A stretch of DNA of 64,000 bases, from positions 640,001 to 704,000 of the forward strand of contig CAWCVB010000002.1 of assembly GCA_963798915.1 (NCBI GenBank). Reading direction: 5' to 3'. Shown here in pieces: positions 1-9,633 of this stretch. Below the pieces are notes generated by a model that saw only the letters and a list, made by a program, of their open reading frames with translations, did no database searches and was not told the DNA's origin. Origin of the DNA: an uncultured Gemmatimonadales bacterium (GTDB lineage: Bacteria > Gemmatimonadota > Gemmatimonadetes > Gemmatimonadales > GWC2-71-9). Each line of letters begins with the position of its first letter. The first letter of the stretch is position 1. Made by a program: the position numbers and the translations under genes.

Positions 1-870
1 GGACTCAACCGCGCTGACCTGCTTCAACGCGAAGGCAGGTATCCAGCGCCGGCTGGCTGGCCTTCCGACGTGCCGGGACTGGAATTCTCGGGTATCGTGC
101 AGGCGTCCGGAAACGGGGTGACCCGGTGGCAACCGGGTGACCGGGTGATGGGGCTCATCGGTGGCGGTGCGCTGGCGGAGATGGTCGTTGCCCATGAGGC
201 GGAACTGCTGCCGGTGCCGGATGTGATGGCGCTGGTCGATGCGGCTGCCGTACCCGAGGCCTTCCTGACGGCATTCGATGCGCTCCGGATCCGGGCGCGA
301 CTCCAGTCCGGCGAGCGGCTGCTGATTCATGCCATTGGAAGCGGGGTGGGGACGGCAGCGCTCCAGCTGGGCAAGCTGGCAGGTGCGACCGTCGTGGGTA
401 CTTCCCGAACTGCAGCGAAGCTGAAGCGCGCGGCAAACCTGGGGCTGGATCTGGGGATTGATACGTCTGCCGGCCGGTTTCCGGATGCCATGCGTGAACC
501 GGTGGATGTGGTGCTCGACGTGCTGGGTGGGCCCGCGCTGACAGCGAATCTCGCGGTGCTGGCGCAGCGGGGCCGGCTGATCCTGGTGGGACTCCTGCAG
601 GGCGGGGCCAGTGAAATGTCACTGGACCCGGTGCTGCACAAGCGCCTGGAGATCGTCGGCACGGTCATGCGATCGCGCTCCCACGCAGAACGCGCGGAAC
701 TGGTGCGTTCCTTTGCCGAGGCCGTGCTGCCCGCCTTGTGGGATGGCCGGCTCGCGCCGGTGGTGGACAGCCGCTACGCGATGGACGACGTAGCGGCGGC
801 GCACGCACGGATGGCGAGCAACGAGAGCTTTGGGAAGATTGTCATCACGGTGGGCGGCGAAAAAGAGTGA
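1..870 (+). CDS. NAD(P)H-quinone oxidoreductase, PIG3/zeta-crystallin (MDR) family; 5'-truncated by window edge
   Basis: Frame is open from base 1 (GLNRADLLQREGRYPAP...PGLEFSG); AIGSGVG nucleotide-binding motif; C-terminal FGKIVI. Confidence 0.9.
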   Translation, partial: GLNRADLLQREGRYPAPAGWPSDVPGLEFSGIVQASGNGVTRWQPGDRVMGLIGGGALAEMVVAHEAELLPVPDVMALVDAAAVPEAFLTAFDALRIRARLQSGERLLIHAIGSGVGTAALQLGKLAGATVVGTSRTAAKLKRAANLGLDLGIDTSAGRFPDAMREPVDVVLDVLGGPALTANLAVLAQRGRLILVGLLQGGASEMSLDPVLHKRLEIVGTVMRSRSHAERAELVRSFAEAVLPALWDGRLAPVVDSRYAMDDVAAAHARMASNESFGKIVITVGGEKE

Positions 871-886
871 TGCTCTTGCGCCCGCT

Positions 887-1921
887 TCAGAGCAGCGGCA
901 GCTGGGAGCCTGTTCCCGGCCGCTCAATGGCGGCGTCGGTTGATCCCGCCCGGAACTGGCGGTCGCCCACCGGGAAGCCATGGCGGGCTTTGAGCATATC
1001 GAGGCGCTCCCGGAGCGCCGTGCGATAGGCATCCGGCGGGTGATCCTGCGTGCCGTATGCCCGGTGGTACCGCGCCGCCAGCTCGGGAAACTCGCGTTCG
1101 AGTTGGGGAATGAAGGAGCGGCGGGCGGCCGGACCCAGCCGCAGTGACGACCCGTCCACGAAGCTGGCGTCGGCCCGACGGGCGGCGCCGATCAGCGCGT
1201 CCAGGTCCTGGGAAGAATCGGTAATGCCAGGGAGAATGGGCGCGATCAGCATTCCAGCATCGATTCCCGCCGAGCGGAGCGCCGCCAATGCGCGAAGCCG
1301 CGCCGAGGGGGTGGCGGTTCGCACCTCCAGGCGCCGGGCGAGCAGCCGGTGGATGGTGGCAAGCGATACGTGCACGCGGACATCATGGGCTTGCGCCAGT
1401 TGACAGAGCAGGGCGGAATCGCGGACGACCAGCGGTGACTTGGTGATGATCTCGATTCGGAGGTTCGCAAAGGACCGAAGCGCTTCAAGGATCGAACGAG
1501 TAATGCCGAAGCTGCGCTCGGCGGGCTGGTATGGATCGGTGGAGGAGCCAATGACGAGATAGGCCGTCGCCATCTCGCGACCGCTCAAGGCACGGCTCAA
1601 CAGGGCGCCAGCGTTCTGCTTGACCAGAATGTTCCGCTCGAAGGATTCCGCCGCTGGCAGCAGCGGCAGTGACGCAGGCAGGACACCGGAGGCGGATGCA
1701 CGCTCCAGGGTGTAGCGGTGGGTATCCCTCGCATAGCAGTACGAGCAGCCGAACTCACATCCTACATACGGATTGACCGACCAGAACGGCATCCCGGTGG
1801 CAGACGGGCTGTTGAGCACAGTGCGGGCCGGCAACTGGAAGAACCGGGCGCCGCGAGCGCGCTTATCAAGCAGCTCCCAACGTGCCAGTTCGGGGTCGAG
1901 CAGCGTAAGCTGGCGTGCCAT
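887..1921 (-). CDS. Radical SAM protein, SplB/Rv2578c-like DNA-repair family
   Basis: NPYVGCEFGCSYCYAR (CxxxCxxC), STDPYQPAE, ITKSPLVVRD, APILPGITD. Confidence 0.88.
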   Translation of the reverse strand: MARQLTLLDPELARWELLDKRARGARFFQLPARTVLNSPSATGMPFWSVNPYVGCEFGCSYCYARDTHRYTLERASASGVLPASLPLLPAAESFERNILVKQNAGALLSRALSGREMATAYLVIGSSTDPYQPAERSFGITRSILEALRSFANLRIEIITKSPLVVRDSALLCQLAQAHDVRVHVSLATIHRLLARRLEVRTATPSARLRALAALRSAGIDAGMLIAPILPGITDSSQDLDALIGAARRADASFVDGSSLRLGPAARRSFIPQLEREFPELAARYHRAYGTQDHPPDAYRTALRERLDMLKARHGFPVGDRQFRAGSTDAAIERPGTGSQLPLL

Positions 1922-1924
1922 GCG

Positions 1925-2077
1925 TCAGCCGCACCTGCCCCAGCCACAATGTGCGCATGCGACGCAGCCAGAGGCGTGCACCAGTGGCCCGGCACATTCG
2001 GGGCAGACGCGGAGCAGAACGGTGGGGGCCAGACGACCAGTGCGGGGGCGAGCGGCAAGAATGGGCGGACAGGACAT
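1925..2077 (-). CDS. 50-aa four-Cys zinc-ribbon microprotein
   Basis: CPECAGPLVHASGCVACAHCGWGRCG; GAGG 6 nt before the ATG at 2077; stop lies 3 nt upstream of the radical SAM start. Confidence 0.65.
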   Translation of the reverse strand: MSCPPILAARPRTGRLAPTVLLRVCPECAGPLVHASGCVACAHCGWGRCG

Positions 2078-2103
2078 GAAGCGCCTCAACGATCGGTGTC
2101 TCC

Positions 2104-2134
2104 CCGAAATTACCGAAGAAACACCGAAAGTCAA
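2104..2134 (-). promoter_or_regulatory. Sigma70-like promoter overlapped by TTCGG direct repeats (candidate LexA-type operator)
   Basis: Minus strand reads TTGACT-16 nt-TAATTT; CCGAA occurs on + at 2104, 2113 and 2124. Confidence 0.55.
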
Positions 2135-2155
2135 GTTGCCTGAATCTTCATTCCT

Positions 2156-3439
2156 TCAGCTGCAGCTGTCGGGCGTCTTGCCGTTCTTGACGTTAAACAA
2201 ACCGGAACTCACCGAGTCCGCGGCGAAGGCCTGGACGTCCGGGTCGGAGGCAGACGGAACGGTGTGGGCCACCAGTCGGTAGCCGCCCGCCTTGTTCACC
2301 GATGCCGTAGCAAACGTCGCAAGCCCGTCCGCGTCAGTGTCGGCCTGATCATGGCAGACCGCCACGAACGAACCTTCGTTCTTCAGCGCCGAAAGCTGGA
2401 CCCGGACGCCTTCCCACGGCGTGCCATTCTGTGCGGTCGCCTTGACGGTCACGATGCTTCCGCCCTGACCCCGCAAGGGCTCATTTGCGGCTCCGTTGGT
2501 CGGCTCATGAACGAACGTGAGATTCACGCTGCCGGGAAAGACCACCTCGTGCGGGCTGAAATTCCGCACCGTGCCGCCGACGCCGCCTGATGCAGCGGCC
2601 AGGGCGAGTGAGAGCCCGGACGCCGCCGACCGCAGCGTCGGCTCCGAGGCCTGAACGCAAGTCAGGAATTCCCCACTGGCGACAGGCAAGACGTGCGAGG
2701 TCTTCTGGACCCTGAGTTGCGCGTTGTCAAACCCCTGCGGATTCACGTTGGGGCAGAGCGCGACCACGCCATCGCCCAGCAGCGCGCTTGGCTGGGTCGC
2801 GGGCGGCGTCACGGGGCGAGCAACGGAGATGTCCATGGCGTAGCCACCGAACACTTCGACGCCGAACGTAACAATTGGGTAACCATAGAAGAGCCCGCGT
2901 CCGCTGAGCCAGGTTCCGAAGCCCGCAGCGGGAGGCTGGACACCTCCCTTGGCGTCGTGGGCAATGGCCTCACTGCTGGGATCGGCGCTTCCTCCCCGAA
3001 CCTCATACAATCCCGAACTCCGAAGCGCGGCGCTGAATGCCTCGGCCGTGGCTGCTCCGGTCAGCGCGATGTTGCCGCAGGCGAGACCCAGTGTCGTCAC
3101 CTTGGCACCATCGAGACTGTTCTGCTCGGTCCAGGAGCCGGCAGCATGACCGGCATCGGCCAGCTGGGCCACCTCCGCAAATACGTTGAATACCAACGCG
3201 GTGCCCGCGGCGGTGCCGGCATTCTGGGACGTGATCTGGGAGGCAAGGTCAACCAGCGCGCTGGGTCGGCCGGCCAGGTCAGCGGCGGCCTTGACCAGGT
3301 CGTTGGGCGAACAGGAGGAGCTGGGCGGCGGCGCACCCGGCTTCAAGGACGCATTGGTTGCAACAGGGGTGCTGGCGTCGCAGGCACCGAGCAAAAGCAC
3401 GGTTCCCGCCGCGAGCGTGAAGGTGAGGCTTCGGCGCAT
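2156..3439 (-). CDS. Hypothetical lipoprotein with C-terminal Ig-like beta-sandwich
   Basis: Signal peptide with lipobox LLGAC; beta-rich C-terminus (TDADGLATF...GGYRLVA). Confidence 0.7.
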   Translation of the reverse strand: MRRSLTFTLAAGTVLLLGACDASTPVATNASLKPGAPPPSSSCSPNDLVKAAADLAGRPSALVDLASQITSQNAGTAAGTALVFNVFAEVAQLADAGHAAGSWTEQNSLDGAKVTTLGLACGNIALTGAATAEAFSAALRSSGLYEVRGGSADPSSEAIAHDAKGGVQPPAAGFGTWLSGRGLFYGYPIVTFGVEVFGGYAMDISVARPVTPPATQPSALLGDGVVALCPNVNPQGFDNAQLRVQKTSHVLPVASGEFLTCVQASEPTLRSAASGLSLALAAASGGVGGTVRNFSPHEVVFPGSVNLTFVHEPTNGAANEPLRGQGGSIVTVKATAQNGTPWEGVRVQLSALKNEGSFVAVCHDQADTDADGLATFATASVNKAGGYRLVAHTVPSASDPDVQAFAADSVSSGLFNVKNGKTPDSCS

Positions 3440-3528
3440 GGGGTGTCGCTTCTTTCAAGTTCTGACGATGATTTTCGCTGTGACTACAGCGGTTGATGAT
3501 GCATGCTCCCGACCACCCCCGCAAGGGC

Positions 3529-6057
3529 TCAGGTGCCCGCGGCCACCAGGGCGGCGAACCGCGGGTCGTCCCGGAGGGACTTGAACCAGGGATCGCTGGG
3601 GAGGGAACGGCGCATCTGGGGGTTGGCGGCGAGGTAGACCGCGAGCTGATGCAGCGCCTCGTCGGTGTCGCCCAGCATGGTGCGGGTGATGGCCTCGAAC
3701 TGGGCCAGCTCCCGCGGGGGGTCTTCATCAGCTTCGACGCGGGAGCGGGTAACTACATGGCGGGCGCTGTCCTTGAGGCCGGCCCGCGCCAAGGCCCAGG
3801 ACACCAGGATGGAGCCACGCTTGCGCATGAAGTCACGCTGGTTGGGCGGGTTCAGCTCCACGTACTGGTCGAGCAGCTGCCAGAGGCGCGGCACGTCGGG
3901 CGATGTTCCGGGCAGCGCGAAGAGCATGATCTGGCACTCGACCGACCGAGGATCGGCCGCCAGGCGCTGCTGGGCCTCGGCGCACCAGTGCTGGGCCTGC
4001 ACCGGATCACCGAGATCGAAGGACGTTGTGAACAGACGCCAGATGGTGCGATCGACATTGGCGAGGTAAGGATCCAGCTCATACGCTCGGCGCGCAGCCA
4101 GGTTGGCCTCGTTCGGCTCCGGCTTGTTGATGAGCAGGTGGCTGAGGGAGTTGTATGCCGATGCCTGGCCGGGATTGGCGGCGATGGATGCGCGGTAGTC
4201 GGCCTCGGCGCTGGCCATCAGCCTGTCGGCGGCGGCACCGTCCGGCTCGAGCCCCACCAGCCAGCCGTAATATTGGAGCGTGCCACGCAGCTCCAGGGCG
4301 TCGGCATCGGAGGCGTCGAGCTTGAGTGCCGCACGAGCGAACTCCATGGCTCGCGCGAGCTCGCGCCCGTTGTAGGTCTTGTCGAGCGAACCTGACTGGC
4401 GCAGGCGGTCGAAAACGAGCCAGCCGCGTCGCAAGACCGGGGTGATCCAGCGCGAGTCAAGCGCTTCGGCCTCAGCGAGCAGCGAATCGGCATGCTGGTA
4501 CTGCCGGCTGGCGGCGGCGGTATCACCCAGCGCGATGAGCGGCTCTGCGGCGTTGATCTCCTCCTGCGCCCGCTGCAGTGATTCCCACGCGTCGGGATTC
4601 CGCGTGCCCGCCCGGGTCTGCGCGAATTGAATTTCCTGCCCCAGCTGGCGACGCAGGAAGCCGGACACCTGCTCGGCCATGGCATCCTGCAGCCCGAAGA
4701 TATCGCGCCGTGACCGCACCAGCGGGAGACTCTTGATTTCCTCGCCGGTGACGGCGTTGACCAGGGACACCGTTACCCGCAGCGAATCGCCGAACGGGCT
4801 TACCGTGCCGCTCACGAGTGTGCCGACCTTGAGCGCACGGGACAGACTGTCGGGACTGACGGGATTGTCGCGATAGGGCCGCACGCCGTTCTGTGAGATC
4901 ACCTGCAGCGGCTTGACGGCGCTGAGATCGTGAATGAGCGCCTCGGTGAGGCCGTCGGCCAGGAACTGGAGGCTGTCGTCGTTCTGGCGTGTCTCGAAGT
5001 AGAGCACCGCGATGCGCCTGGGATCCGGTCCGGTGGCAGCCGCGGTTGACGCGGTGGACTTCCAGAAATGCCAAGCCGCCAATCCGAGTGCGGCAACCAG
5101 TACCGCTCCGCCCGCCCACCCGGCCCAGCGGGGCACGCGGGAGCGTCGCCCCAGGCGCGGTCGTGATTGGGAGATCCGCCGCGCCATGGTCTGCGACCGG
5201 CGGGCGGCCGGGCTCAGGTCGGCGCGCTTCAGCGCATCGGCAAATTCATTCAGGTCCCGAAACCGGTCGGCCGGCGTCTTCTCGAGCGCTTGGAGAATGG
5301 CCTCCTCGATTTCGTCTGGTACTGATTGGCGAACCACCTGGATGCTGGGCGGCGGCTCCATGGCGTGCTTGGCCAGGATTGCCATGGTGGTCGGCCCCTG
5401 GAACGGCGGCTCCCCCGACAGCAGCTCATACAGCATGCATGCCACGCTGTAGAGATCACTGCGCGCATCCACCGTGCCGAGGCCCGCGGCCTGCTCGGGG
5501 CTCATGTAGGTCGGCGTCCCGATCGACATGCCGGTTTCGGTCAGCTTCTCGGCGCCCGCCTGACTGGCCGCCCGCGCAATACCGAAGTCGGCCACGACCG
5601 CGTGGCCCTGTTCCAGCAGGATGTTTTCCGGCTTGATGTCGCGGTGGACAATGCCCTGGCGGTGCGCGTACTGGAGCGCATCGGCCACTTCGCAGGTGAT
5701 CCGAATGGCGTCGGGCAGGGGAAGCTGCTGTTCCCGGTCGAGGCGATGACGAAGCGACTCGCCGGTAATGAAAGGCATGACGAAATACAGAATCCCGTCG
5801 GCCTCGCCCGAATCGTAGATCGCCAGGATATTGGGATGCTGGAGCTGCGTCGCCAGATGGATTTCGCGCAGGAATCGCTCGCCGCCGAGAGCGGCGGCGA
5901 GCTCGGGTCGGAGGACCTTGATGGCAACGGTGCGGTTGTGCTTGAGGTCGCGCGCCAGATAGACCAGGGCCATGCCGCCCTGACCCAGCAGGCGCTCGAC
6001 CGCATAGCGATCGGCCAGCGCGGTGCGAATCCGGTCGAGGGAGTCGCGCACGTCCAT
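3529..6057 (-). CDS. Hanks-type Ser/Thr protein kinase with TM segment, TolB-like domain and TPR repeats
   Basis: LGQGGMALVY, VAIK, HRDIKPEN, DFGIA, GTPTYMSPEQ; RIAVLYF...ADGLTEALIHDL; start placed at MDVRDSL. Confidence 0.93.
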   Translation of the reverse strand: MDVRDSLDRIRTALADRYAVERLLGQGGMALVYLARDLKHNRTVAIKVLRPELAAALGGERFLREIHLATQLQHPNILAIYDSGEADGILYFVMPFITGESLRHRLDREQQLPLPDAIRITCEVADALQYAHRQGIVHRDIKPENILLEQGHAVVADFGIARAASQAGAEKLTETGMSIGTPTYMSPEQAAGLGTVDARSDLYSVACMLYELLSGEPPFQGPTTMAILAKHAMEPPPSIQVVRQSVPDEIEEAILQALEKTPADRFRDLNEFADALKRADLSPAARRSQTMARRISQSRPRLGRRSRVPRWAGWAGGAVLVAALGLAAWHFWKSTASTAAATGPDPRRIAVLYFETRQNDDSLQFLADGLTEALIHDLSAVKPLQVISQNGVRPYRDNPVSPDSLSRALKVGTLVSGTVSPFGDSLRVTVSLVNAVTGEEIKSLPLVRSRRDIFGLQDAMAEQVSGFLRRQLGQEIQFAQTRAGTRNPDAWESLQRAQEEINAAEPLIALGDTAAASRQYQHADSLLAEAEALDSRWITPVLRRGWLVFDRLRQSGSLDKTYNGRELARAMEFARAALKLDASDADALELRGTLQYYGWLVGLEPDGAAADRLMASAEADYRASIAANPGQASAYNSLSHLLINKPEPNEANLAARRAYELDPYLANVDRTIWRLFTTSFDLGDPVQAQHWCAEAQQRLAADPRSVECQIMLFALPGTSPDVPRLWQLLDQYVELNPPNQRDFMRKRGSILVSWALARAGLKDSARHVVTRSRVEADEDPPRELAQFEAITRTMLGDTDEALHQLAVYLAANPQMRRSLPSDPWFKSLRDDPRFAALVAAGT

Positions 6058-6133
6058 CCTTCCGGTAATGAAGCTTGGCCTGCAGAGACCTGAGTATAGA
6101 CGCGGTGGCGGGGCGGCGCGAGTGGCGGCGACG

Positions 6134-6550
6134 CTATGCCCGCCGTGGAGCGGCCGGTTCGGCCGGAAGCTCGAAGTCCTCGACCGTTGCAGGCCGGACC
6201 CAGAGATCGAACGCCAGAAAAAGCGTTCGCGAAAATGGGAAGCCGGCAATCGGCATGACCAGCATCAGCGCCAGCGTGGTGGCGAGGAGGAGCAGCCAGT
6301 CGGGCGAGGGCCAGCTCAGTACCAGGTACCCGACAAACCAGAGCACGAAGGCTGTCTCCATCAACACCAGGTTGACGAAATAGGCGCCCAGCCAGTAGCC
6401 GCGCTCACCCCGTTCAAAGCGGAACCCGCAGGCAGGGCAGGTCGGGAGCATGCTGAACCAGCTAGTGAACACGGGGTGGCCCCCGCAGGAGGGACAGCGG
6501 AGCCGGATCGCCCGGCCGGCCAGACGTCCCGCCTCAGCAAGCGTGCTCAT
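6134..6550 (-). CDS. DUF983-family membrane protein
   Basis: RCPSCG...CPACG...RGERGYWLGA followed by two TM helices. Confidence 0.8.
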   Translation of the reverse strand: MSTLAEAGRLAGRAIRLRCPSCGGHPVFTSWFSMLPTCPACGFRFERGERGYWLGAYFVNLVLMETAFVLWFVGYLVLSWPSPDWLLLLATTLALMLVMPIAGFPFSRTLFLAFDLWVRPATVEDFELPAEPAAPRRA

Positions 6551-6564
6551 CCTGACGGCGCCCG

Positions 6565-7101
6565 CTAGCTGCGGAGGACCAGGGTTGGCCGGCCCTCGTC
6601 CAGCCACGTGCCGGGATCGGACCGCACCGCGGCGATTGTCGTGGTTGCGACCGGCTCAGGTGGTTCGCGTCCATCGAACGGCAGCATCGCAAACGGCTGC
6701 GCGGCGAACTCATGGTAATACAGGCTTCGACCCGCATTGCGCAGGTGCTCGGCGACAAAGGCGGCCAGCACGGCCTGCCATTCTTCCGGGCTGCGATCGA
6801 GGTGGCTGCCCTCGCGATGCCGATCGAGCGCAGCGATCATCTCGGCCCGGGTCAATCCAAGTGCGCGGTAGCGGTGGCGCAGCTCCGATTCTTCGCGGTG
6901 GTGCCGGGGATCGCGCTGGAGGAAGAAATCACAGGCGCAGGACCCCACGAGCAGCCGGGCCGCCGTCTGCCCGCCCGAGATGAGCGCGAGCAGCTGCCGG
7001 CCCGGGCCGGGAGGGAGCGAATCCGCGACCAGCCCCGCTGGCAACATGGAGCGCACTTCGCTGAGGGTGAGCGGGCTGGCACAGTAGAGGAAGTGACACA
7101 T
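6565..7101 (-). CDS. Hypothetical protein with Cys motifs
   Basis: 178-aa ORF (MCHFLYC..., GSCACDF) filling the gap in a co-oriented gene run. Confidence 0.7.
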   Translation of the reverse strand: MCHFLYCASPLTLSEVRSMLPAGLVADSLPPGPGRQLLALISGGQTAARLLVGSCACDFFLQRDPRHHREESELRHRYRALGLTRAEMIAALDRHREGSHLDRSPEEWQAVLAAFVAEHLRNAGRSLYYHEFAAQPFAMLPFDGREPPEPVATTTIAAVRSDPGTWLDEGRPTLVLRS

Positions 7102-7124
7102 GGATGGGCGCGGCGCCGGGGAGA

Positions 7125-7508
7125 TCAGCTATCCACGTCGTCGCGCATCAGCACGAGGATCGCTGCCTGGGGCACCACCAGGTATTTCTGGTTTTCGAAG
7201 GAGATCTCGACCGCTGCCTTCCGGAAGAAGATGGCATGATCTCCCACCTGCGCCTGCATGCCGCGACGGGATGGCTTCCGCGACACGGCCTTCCATGGCT
7301 CGTCATCCAGGCTGGAAAAATCGGCGACCGGTTCGCCGGGCCCCACCACCACGATCACGCCGCCCTGCACCTGCTGCGACTCGATGGCCGTGGCGGGCAG
7401 ATAGAGTCCCACGTGCGTGCGGTCCTCGCCCTCCTCGGGACGAATGAGCACGCGGTCGCCGACCACCATGAGGTGGGGCGGGGTCGGCTTCATCGGGTCG
7501 GGCGTCAC
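7125..7508 (-). CDS. GroES/Cpn10-family co-chaperonin (no groEL in window)
   Basis: VVGDRVLIRP, GLYLP mobile loop, VVVGPG, QVGDHAIF, KYLVVPQAAIL. Confidence 0.85.
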   Translation of the reverse strand: MTPDPMKPTPPHLMVVGDRVLIRPEEGEDRTHVGLYLPATAIESQQVQGGVIVVVGPGEPVADFSSLDDEPWKAVSRKPSRRGMQAQVGDHAIFFRKAAVEISFENQKYLVVPQAAILVLMRDDVDS

Positions 7509-7990
7509 TCCTCCGCTGCCCCTTCCATCTGATGAATGGTCACGATCTCAGTCACGCGCAGCTGGCGTGCGCCGGCTGGCAGGCGCAGGGAAATCTCGTC
7601 GCCCTCCTGCCGGTCCTTGAGTGCGCGGCCGAGCGGTGATGCGAGCGAGATGTGACCCGCATCGATGTCCATCATTTCCGCCAGCACCAGCATGTACGTA
7701 TCGGTTTCCCGGGTCTCGAGATCGAAGACCGTGACACGGGAGCCGAGACCCACCCGGTCGGTGGGCGCTTCAGTGCTGGCGAGCTGGGTCAACTGATTGA
7801 GGCGGGCATGGAGCTGCCCCAGGCGGGCCTGCACGAACTGCTGCCGCTCGAGCGCCGCCTTGTACTCGGAATTTTCGCGCAGGTCGCCCATTTCCACGGC
7901 GGTGGCGATGGCCTGCGGGAGTGTCACATTCAATTCTCGGCTCAACGCGTCTATCTCGCGGCCGAGCTTTTCGCGCATTTCTCGAATCAT
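7505..7990 (-). CDS. greA: GreA/GreB transcription elongation factor
   Basis: GDLRENSEY acidic tip; ISLASPLGRAL. Confidence 0.88.
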   Translation of the reverse strand: MIREMREKLGREIDALSRELNVTLPQAIATAVEMGDLRENSEYKAALERQQFVQARLGQLHARLNQLTQLASTEAPTDRVGLGSRVTVFDLETRETDTYMLVLAEMMDIDAGHISLASPLGRALKDRQEGDEISLRLPAGARQLRVTEIVTIHQMEGAAEE

Positions 7991-8196
7991 GGGAGTTTCG
8001 ATAAGGGACAATAAAGACAGGGCCCGGGACCGCTCGGCCCCGGGCGTCGGATATTCATGTCCATAATAGTATACGGCCGGGGGAACCCCGCGGCCAGAGG
8101 GCCCGGCGCATTGCCAAGCCCTGCCGGGCCCTCCTACGTTTGGCTCCGGCCGAGCCGTGGATGGTCTCGGCGTTCACCATTGCGACTCCCAAGAGG

Positions 8197-8646
8197 ATGT
8201 TTCGAGTGTCGACCGTTCATGCCCGCCTGTTTTCCCTGCTCTCTTTGCTCGTGGTTGCCATTGTGGTACTGACGGGCGCCAGGAGCATGCATCTTCACCT
8301 CGAAGCGTCGGTGCCGGCGGCTGACAGCCGTGTGACCAGCGCTCCCCGGCAGATCCTGCTGCGCTTCAGTTCCCATCCCGAAGTCGCGCTGGCCCGGGTG
8401 CAGCTCCTGGGTCCCGACAGCGCCGTCGTCGCCACCGGCAAGCCGACGGAAGCGGCTGACTCGCTGACCCTGGCCGTTCCTGTTCGCGGCAAGCTCGGGC
8501 CCGGGCGTTACACGGTTCGCTGGCGAGCGGCCGGCCGTGACGGGCACCCGGCCATGGGAGAGTTTGTGTTTGCCGTGCGTGAGGAGCCACAGCAGCAATC
8601 CGCGCCCAACAGCACCTCACGCGATCATTCGACCAACCAGAGCTGA
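8197..8646 (+). CDS. copC: CopC periplasmic copper-binding protein
   Basis: Signal peptide, then HLHLEASVPAADS...YTVRWRAAGRDGH; start uncertain (8197 or 8206). Confidence 0.88.
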   Translation: MFRVSTVHARLFSLLSLLVVAIVVLTGARSMHLHLEASVPAADSRVTSAPRQILLRFSSHPEVALARVQLLGPDSAVVATGKPTEAADSLTLAVPVRGKLGPGRYTVRWRAAGRDGHPAMGEFVFAVREEPQQQSAPNSTSRDHSTNQS

Positions 8647-8712
8647 TCGCGTGATACCAGGCGCAGTCGCCGCCGAGCCCTCGACCTACAGTCCGGAAGG
8701 TGTCGCTTCCTG

Positions 8713-9633
8713 ATGGATCCGACGCCTCTGATCGATGCCGCGACGCCGGTGCGCTGGGTCGGCTACCTGGCCCTTTTCCCGCTGGCTGGCACACTAGTGT
8801 TGCGCAGGCTGGTGCAAGGAATGGTGGGCCAGAGTCATCCCGTGGCGGCGCACGCGCTGATCGAGCGTGCCCGGACGCTCGGGCTGCTGGCCGGTCTGGT
8901 GCTCATGCCATCGCTGGCGCTGCGACTCTACTTTCAGGTGCGTTCCTTTGCCCTGCCGGGCGAGCCGCTGACGTGGAGTGCTGCGCAGCCCATCCTGGAG
9001 TCCACCAGCTGGGGACACGGATGGGAGTGGCAGGCGGCCTCAGGATTGCTGGCCCTCTGCGGACTGTTCCTGGCCGGCCGGCATCGTGCAGGGTGGACCA
9101 TCGCGGCCCTGGCTGTTGTGTCGCTGATCTGGGCCTTTCCGCTCACGGGACACGCCGCTGAACATCGCTGGGGTCCGTTGGTCGGCGTGGGCCTTCAGGG
9201 CCTGCACCTGGGCGGCGGTGTGCTCTGGCTCGGGAGTCTCAGTGTCATGATGGCAGTTGTCTATCGCGAGCGTTCCGCTTCAGCCGAACGTGAAGAAATC
9301 CTGGCCCGCCTGGTGAAAGGGTATTCGCCGCTGGCCCTGACCGGAGCGGCCATGGTGGCTGGGGCAGGGGTGCTTCTGGCCCTCAGCGATGTTGCCTCCT
9401 GGAGCGCGCTCGCCAGCACGACCTACGGCAGGGTGCTGCTCCTCAAGCTGGCGCTGCTCGGTGGCATCGTGCTCCTCGGCTATCACAATTGGCGGCGAGT
9501 CCGGCCCGCTCTGGGCACTCCACCAGCCGCCAGGCGGCTGGCGCGCTCGGCCTCCCTCGAACTCCTCATCGGCACGCTGGTGCTCGCCGCGACGGCGACG
9601 CTGGTGGCTCTTCCCGCACCGGGACTCAACTGA
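8713..9633 (+). CDS. copD: CopD copper-uptake membrane protein
   Basis: Multiple TM helices, LTGHA, GLHLGGGVLWLGSL, TTYGRVLLLKL; follows copC. Confidence 0.85.
   Translation: MDPTPLIDAATPVRWVGYLALFPLAGTLVLRRLVQGMVGQSHPVAAHALIERARTLGLLAGLVLMPSLALRLYFQVRSFALPGEPLTWSAAQPILESTSWGHGWEWQAASGLLALCGLFLAGRHRAGWTIAALAVVSLIWAFPLTGHAAEHRWGPLVGVGLQGLHLGGGVLWLGSLSVMMAVVYRERSASAEREEILARLVKGYSPLALTGAAMVAGAGVLLALSDVASWSALASTTYGRVLLLKLALLGGIVLLGYHNWRRVRPALGTPPAARRLARSASLELLIGTLVLAATATLVALPAPGLN

Noticed and set aside
6058..6249. Extended kinase N-terminus (906 aa)
   Set aside because: Overlaps the DUF983 gene; typical family start is MDVRDSL at 6057
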